Positions 39,270 to 50,914 of a stretch of 64,000 nt of DNA are shown here, one piece after another (within the stretch, counting starts at the first letter, position 1; each line of letters begins with the position of its first letter). Made by a program: the position numbers and the translations under genes. The stretch spans positions 407,278,001 through 407,342,000 of the forward strand of contig CM097882.1 of NCBI GenBank assembly GCA_044892505.1, written 5' to 3'. Source of the DNA: Schmidtea nova. Taxonomy: Eukaryota. The notes under the pieces were generated by a model, which saw only the letters and a list, made by a program, of their open reading frames with translations, had not been told where the DNA came from and did no database searches.

Positions 39270-42200
39270 ATGGGGTTAGTCGAAGTCAATTCTGACTTGA
39301 ACGACAACCATGTCATAATTAAATTAGATGTAACAAATCTAGAATTAAAAACGGTCTCACTGCCGGACATTTTGTTAGAAAAATTAAATTTTTATGTAAA
39401 TAAATTAAAATCTTGTAAAATCCAATTTTGCCTTAAGGTGGAATTTGAGAAAGATGATGAGTTAAAATCTTTCGTCATCTCAAATTCCGCCAGAGTTTGA
39501 AGTGATACCTTCATTGACGAAGGTATCTCTAATTTAAATGAGAAGATAGTCCAAATTAATGAAAAAGGTAGTAATTGGACTATCAGTAAGATTGAGTACA
39601 TAAGTTTTGTGCTCACTAAATTTTCAGAAATAAGTCGGTTAAGTGGCAATAGTTTTATTGAAACACCTAGGTCATTAAAAAATTTAAGCTGTCTCATAAA
39701 TGTAAAAAATACTGATAATCTTTGTTTTGTATATAGTTTCTTATCTATTGTTAAGTATGATAGTGTCAATAGGCTATATAGAAATCGTCCCACTTCATAC
39801 GATCTTTCACAAATTAAATTTGACCCCAATGACATGCCGATGAAGCTGGCAAATATAAGTAAATTTGAACATCAAAATCCCGGCTATAGTATTAATGTTC
39901 TTAGTTATGATGAAAAGGCCTTGATTGACATTTCCGACGAAGATGCAGTTTTAAAGCATCCTTTTATTGACATAATTTACCGAAGTAAGGTAGTAGGAGA
40001 AATACCTATAAATTTATTATTAATCGAAAATAAAAAAACTTACCATTATGTGGCTATCACAGATTTAAATAGATTCCTTAATTGTAGAAATAGTTCAATA
40101 ACTCGTGTTAGGATTTGTAGCCAGTGGTGTCCTAGGTGTTTAAACGGTTTCAGGAATGATGAGTCTTTCAAGAAACATAGGGGTCTTTGTGATAGAAATC
40201 AGCTGGGTACTACCTTGTACACATTGCCCAAAAACAAATATCTAGAATTTAGTGATTGGAAGGAAACCGTGACTCATCCATTTGTTATTTACGTCGACTT
40301 TGAGGATATCTTACCTAAGGACACCCGTTACTTTCAACGCCACTTGCCTATTTCTGCCGGTTTGCTTTTAATTAATAATTTTACCGGTGTAAAAATTTAT
40401 AAATCATTTTTCGGATTAGATTGCGTCGATCAATTTCTTAAAAAAATTGAGTTGATTAGTAAAAATATTGTGACGCCGTTTTATTATAAAAATTATCAAA
40501 AGAAAATGATAATTACTGGCCTTCAACAATTACAGTTTGAAAACAGCACAATTTGTTATTTGTGCAATAAACCTTTAGTTTGTCCAGTTAGGGACCATGA
40601 CCATTTTACCGGTCTATTTCTTGGCGCAGCTTGCAAAGCTTGCAATGTATCAAGGCAAATTAGACATACCCTTCCTGTCATCTTTCATAATTTAAAGGGT
40701 TATGATCTACACCACATCTTAAAATTTGGCCTTTCGAAATATCATTCCTGGAATATTAGTTGTGTTCCATTGACCAGCGAGAAATTCGTTAGTCTTTTTG
40801 CTAGGATTGACTCCTTAACAGTTAAATTCATAGACTCTTACCAATTTGTCAGCGAGTCTTTAAATAATGCTGTCAAAACTTTAACTTCTTTACCCTTGAC
40901 CGAATCAGAATTTCAGGGTACAATAATAACTCAAAGGGAATTTTTCGTTATGATACGGCTACTTCTTTAGAAGTTTTACAAAACACACATGAATTACCTT
41001 CTATCTGGAAAGACGTGAAACCAGATGAATATGAGACAGCTCAGAGAATTTGGCGTGAAACCTCATGTACATCGCTTTTGATTACATGATGGTTTATTTA
41101 AAACTCGATGTCTTCCTTTTAACTGATTATTTTCAGCAATTTAGAGCTAAATCTATTGCCCATAACCTACTAGAGCCACTAAATTTCTTGGGAATTCCGG
41201 GTATGTCTTGGAATTCCGCCTTATTAGCTTTAAAATCTCCAATTGAGCTCCTCACCGTTATGGAGATGTATAATTTTTTTGAGGGCGGTATCCGTGGCGG
41301 CTTAACCTTTGTAAAAACAGGCCCGAATACCGCATTGCTTTACATAGATATAAATAATTTATATGGTTGGGCTTTAAGTCAGCCTCTACCATGCAGTAAC
41401 TTTGAATGGGTCACAGATGACCAATTATTAAATGAAATTATTGCTGAATGTACATCGGTAGATCTAGATGCACTTCATTATGGTTACACCATAGAAGGGG
41501 ATTTGGAAATACCGGCATCGATTCACGACAAACTGGATGATCTTCCAGTTGCCGCTAAAAAGATGTGTGTACAGGGTTCGAAAGTAGAGAAGCTGCTGCT
41601 AACGCACTATCCAAAGAGGAACTATGTTCTTCATTGGAGGCTTCTGCAACAGTTTATTAAATTAGGTGTTAAAATAACTAAAACACACAGAGCAATAAAA
41701 TTCACAAAAGAAAAAATATTTGAAAATTATATAAATACAAATACGGCGTTACGAGCAGCGTCGTCAAATAAATTAGACAAAAATTTTTATAAATTACTTA
41801 ACAACAGTCTTTACGGCAAGACTGTTGAAAATATTAAAAAACGAATTAATTTGTGTTTGTGCAATTTGTCGCAGAAATTGTTGACTTACTGTTCCAAACC
41901 GTCTTGCCGAAAATCCACTAAGATCGACGATGACTTGATTTCTGTTTTGTTAAGGAAGGAATCAGTGTGTTTGGATAGACCTAGTTACAATTGTCAAACA
42001 GTACTAGATTTATCCAAACTTAGGATGTACCAGCTGCAGTATGAAGAGTTGCAAAAATATCGTGACGACTTCAACTGCGAAATTAATATCGTTGCTGGGG
42101 ACACTGATTCCATCTTTTTGGAAATTAAAAATCTTTCTTTAGACTTACTCTTACCGGCTATGATTAGGGACAAACTTCTGGACACTTCGAATTATGACCC

Positions 42201-42552
42201 AAATCATCCTTTATACAGTAGGAACCATGATTCTGTCATTGGAAAATTCAAAGACGAGAATAAAGGGCTACTGTATGAAGAGTGGGTGTTCTTAAGACCA
42301 AAGTGCTATAGTTTAATGGGTGATGAGGCTTGTATGAAAGCCAAGGGGATTTGCACGAAAGATGCTGGACTAACACATCAGTCGTATCTTGATTGCTATA
42401 TAAATAATAAAATATATACAGTCCCCCAGTTCAGAATAACTAGTAAGAACCACCAGTTATTTACTATTAAAAATAATAAAAGGGCTTTGACTTGTAAGGA
42501 CGACAAGAGTAATTGGATAGATAAAAATAAGTTTGGCATATGGCCATTATAG
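39270..42552 (+). pseudogene. Protein-primed family B DNA polymerase (pPolB), disrupted
   Basis: Exonuclease motifs YVDFED, FHNLKGYD and YLKLDV. EndoVII/HNH-like RDHDHFTG...AAC..CN. Polymerase motifs YIDINNLYG, KLLNNSLYGK and GDTDS. Stop at about 39500 and frameshifts at about 40940-41065. An Asn-rich extension probably starts near 38699. Confidence 0.95.
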
Positions 42553-43759
42553 AGGCGGTGACACCAATATATTTGTAGATGATCCAGCAGAAGAAATCAA
42601 TGATGTACCGACATTGCCGATGGATGAAGATCCTTATGCCTTTTATGAGCCTCCGGACCAGCAATATTTACTATGATGACGAAAAATCAAAAAAAAGATT
42701 GAGAATGAACAATCGGCCCTCTTCAGGGCCACAATTCGCGATTGTATAAAATATTGCGCAATCAATTAAAACTAATATTGTTTAAATTTTAAAGATTAGG
42801 AAAACACGGATAATAAAAAGAAACAACGATTTGTGAACCATAATTATTGATTGTAAAAAGAGATTCAAAAAGATATGAAAAGGATATTAACCTGGGAATC
42901 AAACAGAGAGAATCAAAAAGATTTGTGAAAGTTAAAAAATGGTCCTCTTTAGGACCATAATTTTTGATTGTATAAAATATTGCGAAATCAATTAAAATTA
43001 TTACCGTCTTCTTTTATGTTATTGATTTAATGTATTTAGAGTTATTTTGTTATTTATTTTTAATTTTCTAAGTTTTTATTATCATTTTTATTATTTTTAT
43101 TATTCAAAGTTAATATTATTATTATTATTATCAAAGTTAATATTATTATTATTATTATTCAAAGTTAATATTATTATTAGTATTATTATTATCAATTTGC
43201 ACGCGGGGTGTTATAGAATGAAAGAAGCACAACGCGCGTTCAATGAGTACTGTTATTATCTTAAAAAAGTAAAGACAAAGAACGCGCGTTCAATAGTTAC
43301 TCATATTTTTATTAAAAATCCGCACACACACATGAAATATAATCGTGTACATAATTTCAAATACAAGTTATATTAGTCTTTGTTTCGGCGCACATGCATT
43401 GCAATGTCTTTGTTTACGTTGCACATGGATTGCAATGTCTTTGTTGTAATTGGGGAAGGAAATAGTCGTTGAAAAATTATAACACACACACATCATGCTT
43501 ACCTCACAATTACCTTTTGTTTGATATGTATATTATAAAAAATGTAAAAGGATTGTAACACACACACACCATGCTTACTTCTCAATTACCTTATTACACA
43601 CGTAGTTTGAAAAGTTTGAAGGTTTTTGACTCCTTGAAGGTTGAGCACCCACCATACACCTTCGAGGGTATGACCATTGGATAGACCTCTCTAAGACCTT
43701 TCGAATGATACCCTTGTTTGAAGGTTTGATCTTATTTGACCCTTGGAAATTTAAATTTA

Positions 43760-43927
43760 GAATTTGAAATGAGTCATCGATGACGTCATAAAATTCAAAT
43801 TTGAAATGAGTCATCGATGACGATATCGACGAGTCATAAAAAAATTTCTACCCACCCGGGGGTTCTTTGTTATGAGTCATTGATGAGTCATAATGTCTTT
43901 GTTTCCGGCTCCACACTTCTACCTACT
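43760..43927 (-). repeat. Right terminal inverted repeat of Polinton A with AP-1/CRE motifs
   Basis: Reverse complement reads AGTAGGTAGAAGTGTGGAGCCGGAAACAAAGACATTATGACTCA, nearly identical to the sequence from 50129. Confidence 0.9.
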
Positions 43928-44830
43928 TTTATGTACACCAAATCTCCAACTTTAATATCATGTACATGCACACGTTTGTCATAGCACTCTTTATGCTTCT
44001 TGATTATGCCTTATTTTCAATCCCGCTTGGACCCATACTGATTGCAGTCTTTCCTGCATTATTACTTTGTAATCGGATACGTCCATGTGTTGTGAGATTG
44101 GTGGTTGAAACTTTAAGTCAATCGGCATATTGTTTCGTCGTAGGTACATAAGATAAAATGGTTTTTCACCGGTGCTACCATTCACTGCATTTCGAAATGC
44201 AAACAAACATGGCTTAATGAACAAATCCCAATCTTTTTGTTTCCTGTTTACGTAAGACGAAATCATGTTAATTAATGTTCCATTAAATCTTTCGACTAAC
44301 CCATCTGTTTGAGGGTGATATTGGGATGTATTAAGTTTTAGGATTCCGAATAATTCGGTGATAGATTTAAATAATAATGCTTTGAAAGTTTGTTCCTTGG
44401 TCTGTGAGCAATGTCTTGGTGCTCCGTACTGAAATATGATGTTTTCTACAAATATTTTCGCCACAGTTTCTGCTTTTTGATTCTGCATTGCATATGCTTT
44501 CGGCCATTTTGTTAAATAATCACAAAATACGATGATATATTTATTGCCATTGGTTGCTTCTGGTAGTGGACCAACAATATCCATTGCTGTCATTTCCATT
44601 GGTGCTACCGGCGCGGGCATAGGTTTCAAAGGAAATTTTATTTTTCTCCATGTATTTCGCCTGGTCAGACAAACTTCACAAGTGTGACACCATTGTCTGA
44701 CGTCTTGCTCTATCGTATCCCAGTAATATTTCTGTTTTAATCTTGATAATGTTTTTTCGAGCAGATAAGTGTCCTCCCAATGCCCCCATCATGATACAAC
44801 AACAGTAATGCTGTTCGATGTTTTGTCGGT
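43928..44830 (-). pseudogene. Gypsy integrase
   Basis: YHDG..GGH...C..C zinc finger; AMDIVGPLP; DYLTKW; YHPQTDGLVERFN; WD..I...LFAFRN. Confidence 0.93.
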
Positions 44831-45050
44831 ACTACTATTACTAAGTTTTCATTTTTCACACATTTCAACAAACCGTCGGGGATGACGTATTTATGTTTTT
44901 CTTCTGCAATGTGCTTCCAGTCACTTTCTCTTTTTATTGTGACAGCATGTTTACGCAATTGATTCAATTCAACAACGTTTTCCTTATCACACTGTAATTC
45001 CTTCATATTATTTGCCGTTTTAATTGCCATAAATATTGTATTTTCATAAT

Positions 45051-46632
45051 TTAATTCATTTTGAATAATATTTTCTTCAGGGATTCTCGACATTGCGTCC
45101 GCATTTCCGTTTGACTTCCCGTACGGTACTTAATTTCGAAATCGTACTCTTGTAATGCAATTGACCACCTAATCAGCTTGCTTGCTGAATCTCTATGCTT
45201 CATTAACCATTGTAATGGATTATGATCCGTAAATACAATAAACTTTCTCCCAACCAAATATTGTCGAAAATTAGTTATCCCATATACTAATGCTAGAGTT
45301 TATTTTTCGATTATGGAATAATTTTTTTTCATGCGGTTTTAATGAACGGCTTGCATAAGCGATTACGTGAGCGATTATTAAAATATTGCACCTTCTAATT
45401 GCTGTCCCAGTACTGCTCCTAATGCAAAATTGCTTGGATCAGTCATCAGTATAAATGGTTTTTTGAAGTTCGGACATCTCAATATTGGTTGATTGATAAG
45501 ACTCTTTTAATTTATCAAATGCTTCTTGTTGAGCTGTTGCCCATTTGAATTTAGTCTGCTTTTTTAGCAACATGTTTAAAGGTTGTGCTACATGCTAAAA
45601 ATTCCTTATGAATTTCCTATAATAGCTCGCTAATTCAAGAAATGGTCGGACCTGGTCTGCATCTTTGGGATCGGATACTTTTTAATCTTTTCAATATTTT
45701 CTGGGTTTGGTTGTAACCCTCTCCGTGAAATTATATGCCCTACGTAAACAACTTCTGATTTTCCCCATTCACATTTTGAAGGTTTTATTTTTAGATTGGC
45801 TTCTTTTAGCCGTTTGAACACTATTTCCACTTCTTTTAAGTGTTCCTGAAAATTATTATATTATCTATATAGACTAATGAATGTGGTATATCACGCAAAA
45901 CAAAATTCATACCTCTCTGGAATGTAGCTGGTGCTCCAGTTAGACCGAATGGTAGCACATTAAACTCATATAGTCCTTTACCATCTGAAAATGCCGTTTT
46001 TCTCCTGTCTTCCTCTTTGACTTTAAATTGGTTATATCCTTTTTTAAGATCGATTACTGTAAAGAATTGTACTTCTCCCATCTAATCAAACATTTCTTGC
46101 GGAACTGGTATAGGAAATGTGTCTTTCTTGTCACTTGGTTTAATTTCCGATAATCGACACAAAATCGTAATTCACCGTCCTTCTTTTTCACTACTACTAT
46201 TGACGATGAGAATGGTGATGAACTATCTCTTATTATTTTAAATTCCTTCATGGCTTTAATTTGCCGATCGCTTTCCTCTTGATGTGGAATTCTGTACGGT
46301 CGTATTTTTATAGGGGTTTTATCAAGCAATGGTATTTCGTGTTCAATTATCTGAGTGAGTCCTAGATCATACTCATGTTTCGCAAATGCATTTTTATACC
46401 TTTTCAATAGTGTCGCAAATCCTTGTCTTTGTGCTTCTGTTAGATCATCACTTGTCACTTGTGGTTCTTTATAGATTTTGATATTTCTAGGTAGCTTTTG
46501 CGCTTCTTCCTCTTTCATTTTCGTCAGTTTTCCCAACTTTGTTTTGGGTTTCATCTGAATTGATTTTGTGCTACAATTAGATATTCTTACTGGCACTGTT
46601 TTGTCTTTAATTTTTACTATTTCGTCACACAT
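45051..46632 (-). pseudogene. Gypsy reverse transcriptase and RNase H (frameshifted)
   Basis: KKKDGELRFCVDYRKLN; IDLKKGY; LPFGLTGAPATFQR; YIDNI (YxDD mutated); TDPSNFALGAVL; FTDHNPLQWL. Confidence 0.95.
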
Positions 46633-46718
46633 AGGTACGACTTACTTTTCTATTAGTTTTTGATTTGGTTCGAATATACACTCTTCTTCGGAAACATTCT
46701 CTACATTAGCGTAGTATA

Positions 46719-48071
46719 TCACTTCGCTTTTTGGTGGTACTTCCAACGTTTATTTAAAAAGACCTCTCCTGCTTCATGAGCTACTTCATCAGTCTGCCTT
46801 TTTATTAATTTTCCCGTCTTTAAGTCCAGTGAGATTCCTTGTAATTGTTCCATGATGTCCATGCCAATCAAACATTTGACAGGGCTTTTTCTCATTACAG
46901 ATACCCAATGAATTACTTCCTGATTTCCAATGTTCAACTTTACTTCCAATTTTCCAATAATATTTAATACGTTATGCGTCATTGATTTAATAATTTTTGT
47001 TGTTTGCTTTATTTTCGTTTTTTCCTGTCTCGTTAGGAAACTTTCCGATACTATACTGTGACTCGAGCCTGAATCCAATAACGCTTCCACTTTTCTTTCA
47101 TTAAACTGTATGGATACTCTAGGTTGTTTTCCGTCAATTTCTATTGTCATCAATGCATAACTACATGGTAACCCAAGCATGTTCTTTTTTTCAATTTCGG
47201 CACTTGATGGCTCAATCTTTTCTAGTTCGATTTTAATCTCATCAACTGGCTTCATTTCTCTCAACTTTTCACTTGGGTATATTGGAGCTGTTGGTATAAA
47301 TGTCGGTGTGTACCATTTAGAAAGAATGTCAATTCCTGTTAATTTTGGCATTAGTTCAAGCAAGAACCTAGTCTCGGATTCTATTCTACTTTTCATTATG
47401 CTCCTTCGAAACACTTTCTGCTCTGACCTGCCGCCACCGTTCTCATTATCATGACCATTATTTTTATCCTCGTGATCGCATAGTGATTCTTCGCTTCTTT
47501 GATCATTTCTCAATTGCGCCCGTACATTTGCCATTTCCTTGTATTGGTGACTTGTAATGAAGAATCTCGCTAAAAATGGAATACAACCAATAATCATTTT
47601 CCATGACCATCCGGAAATTGTATATATCCTGTGAGCGGACAATACTTGTGATATTATCACCTTTACCGTTACTGCAATTACATAAATACCAATTAAACCT
47701 GCACATGCTTGTCCCAAAAACATAAAATTTCCCCAAATCTTTTCCATTGTTTTGTAAGTAGCTCGTTTAAAATGATAAGGTGTCAGCAGGTATTCGTAGT
47801 TAACTTTCCCTTCTCCATTCGGCAATATCGTATCAATCATTTCTGAAATCACGCGTTCCTTTTTTGACGGAAATAACAAATTTCTTTGGGCTTCTTCGAT
47901 GTCTTCGTTCGCATATAAGCCCATTTGTGCCATTTTATTCATTGATGTAAAATTTATTAAATATTCCAAATTCGTCAATTCCAATTTATCCGATGTTTTT
48001 ACTCTTCGGTAATCTGGTAGCGCTATCCATCTTGTGCTTAGCGATATAATGGAGCTAATAATCGATAACAT
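46719..48071 (-). CDS. Single ORF fusing the glycoprotein C-terminal/TM region to a retroviral-type aspartic protease
   Basis: N-half: GLY..EDI......LLFP, WGNFMFLGQACAGLIGIYVI..VK, GWSW. C-half: VEALLDSGSSHSIVS...CLIGMD. Confidence 0.9.
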   Translation of the reverse strand: MLSIISSIISLSTRWIALPDYRRVKTSDKLELTNLEYLINFTSMNKMAQMGLYANEDIEEAQRNLLFPSKKERVISEMIDTILPNGEGKVNYEYLLTPYHFKRATYKTMEKIWGNFMFLGQACAGLIGIYVIAVTVKVIISQVLSAHRIYTISGWSWKMIIGCIPFLARFFITSHQYKEMANVRAQLRNDQRSEESLCDHEDKNNGHDNENGGGRSEQKVFRRSIMKSRIESETRFLLELMPKLTGIDILSKWYTPTFIPTAPIYPSEKLREMKPVDEIKIELEKIEPSSAEIEKKNMLGLPCSYALMTIEIDGKQPRVSIQFNERKVEALLDSGSSHSIVSESFLTRQEKTKIKQTTKIIKSMTHNVLNIIGKLEVKLNIGNQEVIHWVSVMRKSPVKCLIGMDIMEQLQGISLDLKTGKLIKRQTDEVAHEAGEVFLNKRWKYHQKAK

Positions 48072-49295
48072 GGAAAGGTTTTTGGTTTAACTTGTTCATC
48101 CAGCAATATTCGGGTTATCGGTTCCATAAATCGTAGTTTCCCGCCAACACTTACTGGCAATTCACATCTACTAAATTTGGGTTTGTAACCGCCATCGCCA
48201 TTCGATTTCGGAGTATTCTTTATTCAATTTACAATCGTTCAAGATCATTTCTCTATATATGTTCTCCATGGTATTTTGGCTAAAATGAAATAAATAATCA
48301 ATTTTATTATTAAAGTAATGAGTTAGTTTTATATCATCCCTGTGGATTCTTGTTTTCGCTTCATGTACAGTCGTTTTTGCCACATATACTCCTTTGTAAT
48401 TTGTTACATAGACTGTTTGACCACATTTGCTCGTAATCTCCTTTTTAATAAAGCGCATGCTGTCTGTTGGCAAGGTTGACATTAAAACCGTTGCTGTTTG
48501 TCTTGTCCAGAGTGGAGTTGACCTGACTGTGCCATTTTGTTTATAATTCATGTTAAAGTTGTCTGGTCTCTCCTTAAATTGCTCTCCGGTTAACTCTTTG
48601 AAATTCATTATTTTTAAATGAGTTAGGTTACATATATTGGTTTTAACATCGTAAACGAGAATTGACTCCCCCGTGTGACAACTAGTTTGCTTCATATTAC
48701 AAAATGGATGAGTTTGTAGTTTTCCATTATCATCATCAAAAGATCCTTCGAACATTCTCAATTCGGTTAAGTATTCCTCTATTACCAGTGTGTGTTTAAT
48801 TATTTTCTCATTTATTTTATACGGTTCACCTTCACAGTCACCATCTGATTTCATCACTCCCTCCACCACTAACGTTTCTCGAATTTGATGATTTAATTTC
48901 GCTTTTAATCGAATTTCAGGACTGATTTTTATTTCTCCCGTTTGAAAGGCTGTTGAGCAATTTTCTGGCAATACATCCACCGGTCGTGGAATGGCGTGCA
49001 TTTTGATTAATGACGTATGGCTCCATTTACCACAGAAGAATACAAAAGTGGTTCGTTTTACAATGCATTCTCTAACTTTGGTACCCCGTAAATCTGATTC
49101 TTGATACACATGGTATTTTACTTCGTTTTCAATCTTTAATTTTTGAGGGTATGCGTCTGGACACTCTGACATATCAACCACTGAGTAAATTTTCCCCATT
49201 TCTGTTTGTGAACAATCGTATGCCACCAATGACGTTGTTTGTGCAATAACTGCACATAGGATAATCATCATGAACATCATCCAAGGAAATATCAT
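48072..49295 (-). pseudogene. Chuvirus-like (class III, gB-type) envelope glycoprotein ectodomain
   Basis: Signal peptide followed by LVAYDCS; conserved Cys pattern (FFCG, DGDCEG, KCG, CKLN); LTHYFNNK; ELPV....RFMEPITRIL in a shifted frame. Confidence 0.85.
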
Positions 49296-49388
49296 CGTCT
49301 TCCTTAGTTTTGGACTTACTCTTCCGTTTAATTGCCTTTGCGGTGAATCATTTTCCGGTTTCTTTCTTTTCTTTATTATCGATAAATT

Positions 49389-49796
49389 TAATGCTTTCCA
49401 CCCTCCACGCTCTCTCAGCCAATTAATTAAAGACTCATTTATTAGTCGAGCCGCAATGTCAATTAAATTATCAAGCTTGTCTGACTTTGTAAATGCATGA
49501 ATACCGATCTCTTAAACAACGTAGGTTAGAATTAGTAGCACTACTTCTTTATCAATCCCATTTTCGATCAACTTTTCTATTACTTCACATTTACAAAAGC
49601 TATCCTCTTTGCCAAATTTCCGCACTACTTCTGGAAGTCTGATTTTCACTTCCTCTACTATTCCTTTCAATTCCTCTTCCGTTTCAGTCTCTATTTTTAG
49701 AATTGGGTATACGACTTTAACCAAATTTCTTATTACGTCACTTGTTTCGTCAACTTCCTGCTTTAATTTTATTAAGGTTTTCTTCATCTCATACAA
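49389..49796 (-). pseudogene. Bcl-2-like domain in frame with the glycoprotein
   Basis: ORF 49796-49512 continues in frame past one TAA into EIGIHAF...LDNLIDIAARLINESLINWLRERGGWKAL (BH2-like). It is preceded by EVIEKLIENGIDKEVVLLIL (degenerate BH1-like). Confidence 0.62.
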
Positions 49797-50164
49797 TGTT
49801 CTAGACTTCGCATTCGCACTTTTTATTTTTCTTTTTTCGATATTCGTATCTTCAATAACTGTCTTTCTGCTGTCTGAGCATTATTATTAACCCCCTTTTC
49901 ACCATCATAACCATCAGTAACTATTTCAATTTCGCTTTCCTTTATTTCTTCTGTATCTGAAAATTTGACTTTGTCAAGCATCCTCGAATTATATTCTTTA
50001 TTTGCGATTATGCGATTTATTAAATACCCCTGACTTCCATTAGTACTTAAATACCCATATTCATCCAGTTCCTGTGACACACATCCGCAGTCATATAAAT
50101 ATTCATCGTCATCCAATTCTTCATCTTTAGTAGGTAGATGTGTGGAGCCGGGAACAAAGACATT

Positions 50165-50515
50165 ATGACTCATGCGTGGGCGGAAAAAAAAGAACAAAGA
50201 CCCCCCGGGGGGGGTAGCAAAAAATTTTTTTGATGAGTCATCGATGAGTCACCGATGAGTCATCGATGAGTCATACTTTTTTTGATGAGTCATCGATGAG
50301 TCATCGATGAGTCATAATTTTTTTTTGATGAGTCATCGATGAGTCATAATTTTTTTTTTTCAAAAATTTTTTTTCGCGCCAAATTTTTTTTTCAAAAATT
50401 TTTTTCGCGCCAAATTTTTTTTTCAAAAATTTTTTTCGTGCCAATTTTTTTTTTTCAAAAATTTTTTTCGCGCCAATTTTTTTTTTTTTCAAAAATTTTT
50501 TTTTTCAGGCCAAAT
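50165..50515. promoter_or_regulatory. AP-1 (TGAGTCA) array followed by E2F (TTTCGCGCCAAA) array in the Polinton B terminus
   Basis: Nine GATGAGTCA units at 50232-50349. Three TTTTCGCGCCAA plus two variants at 50371-50514. Function is inferred from motif identity only. Confidence 0.6.
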
Positions 50516-50914
50516 TTTTTAAGACAAATTATTTTTAGTCAAATTTTTTTTTTTCAAGACAAAATTCGAGTAAACAAAAATATTTACAGTAGGTGTGCAA
50601 ACTAAACAAAGACATTTTTTTATATGTGTGCATGTTTAATTAATTATTATTTGTCAAGTATGAAGCTTTTGCACTTCAAAACCATCACAGAAGAGGTTCT
50701 GCTTCCAGGGTTCTGATCGCAATGTTCTGCTTCCAGGGTTCTGATACTAAATGTTCTGCTACTAATTATTATTTAATTATTATTTTTTCAAACTAAACAA
50801 AGACTTTGCAACACGTGTGCAACATGAACAAAGACATTGCAATACACATGCAAACTAAACAAAGACACATGCAACACATGTGCAACATAAACAAAGACAT
50901 TAAAAAGACAAAAT

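Larger units (their letters stand above)
33566..43927 (+). mobile_element. Polinton/Maverick copy A (left part lost, internal deletion, decayed)
   Basis: Minor capsid, core protein, major capsid, adenain and pPolB genes. Right terminus ...CCACACTTCTACCTACT (43927) is the reverse complement of the start of copy B. Confidence 0.95.
43928..50128 (-). mobile_element. Internal segment of an env-bearing Ty3/Gypsy retrotransposon, cut off on both sides by Polinton termini
   Basis: Continuous minus-strand coding sequence ending in PR-RT-RH-IN in Gypsy order. No LTRs recognised in the window. Confidence 0.93.

Noticed and set aside
50129-50197. 5' part of ORF 49823-50197 as the true start of the Gypsy polyprotein
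   Set aside because: These codons lie inside the Polinton B terminus, so the ORF is a chimera across the insertion junction.
43860-50200. Inverted repeats flanking the Gypsy segment read as the TIRs of one 6.3-kb element
   Set aside because: The repeats face outward. They are the right end of Polinton A and the left end of Polinton B.
50232-50515. Regularly spaced repeats resembling a CRISPR array (also 58651-59300 and 59990-62250)
   Set aside because: Spacers are homopolymeric or repeated rather than unique, there are no cas genes, and the context is a eukaryotic Polinton terminus.
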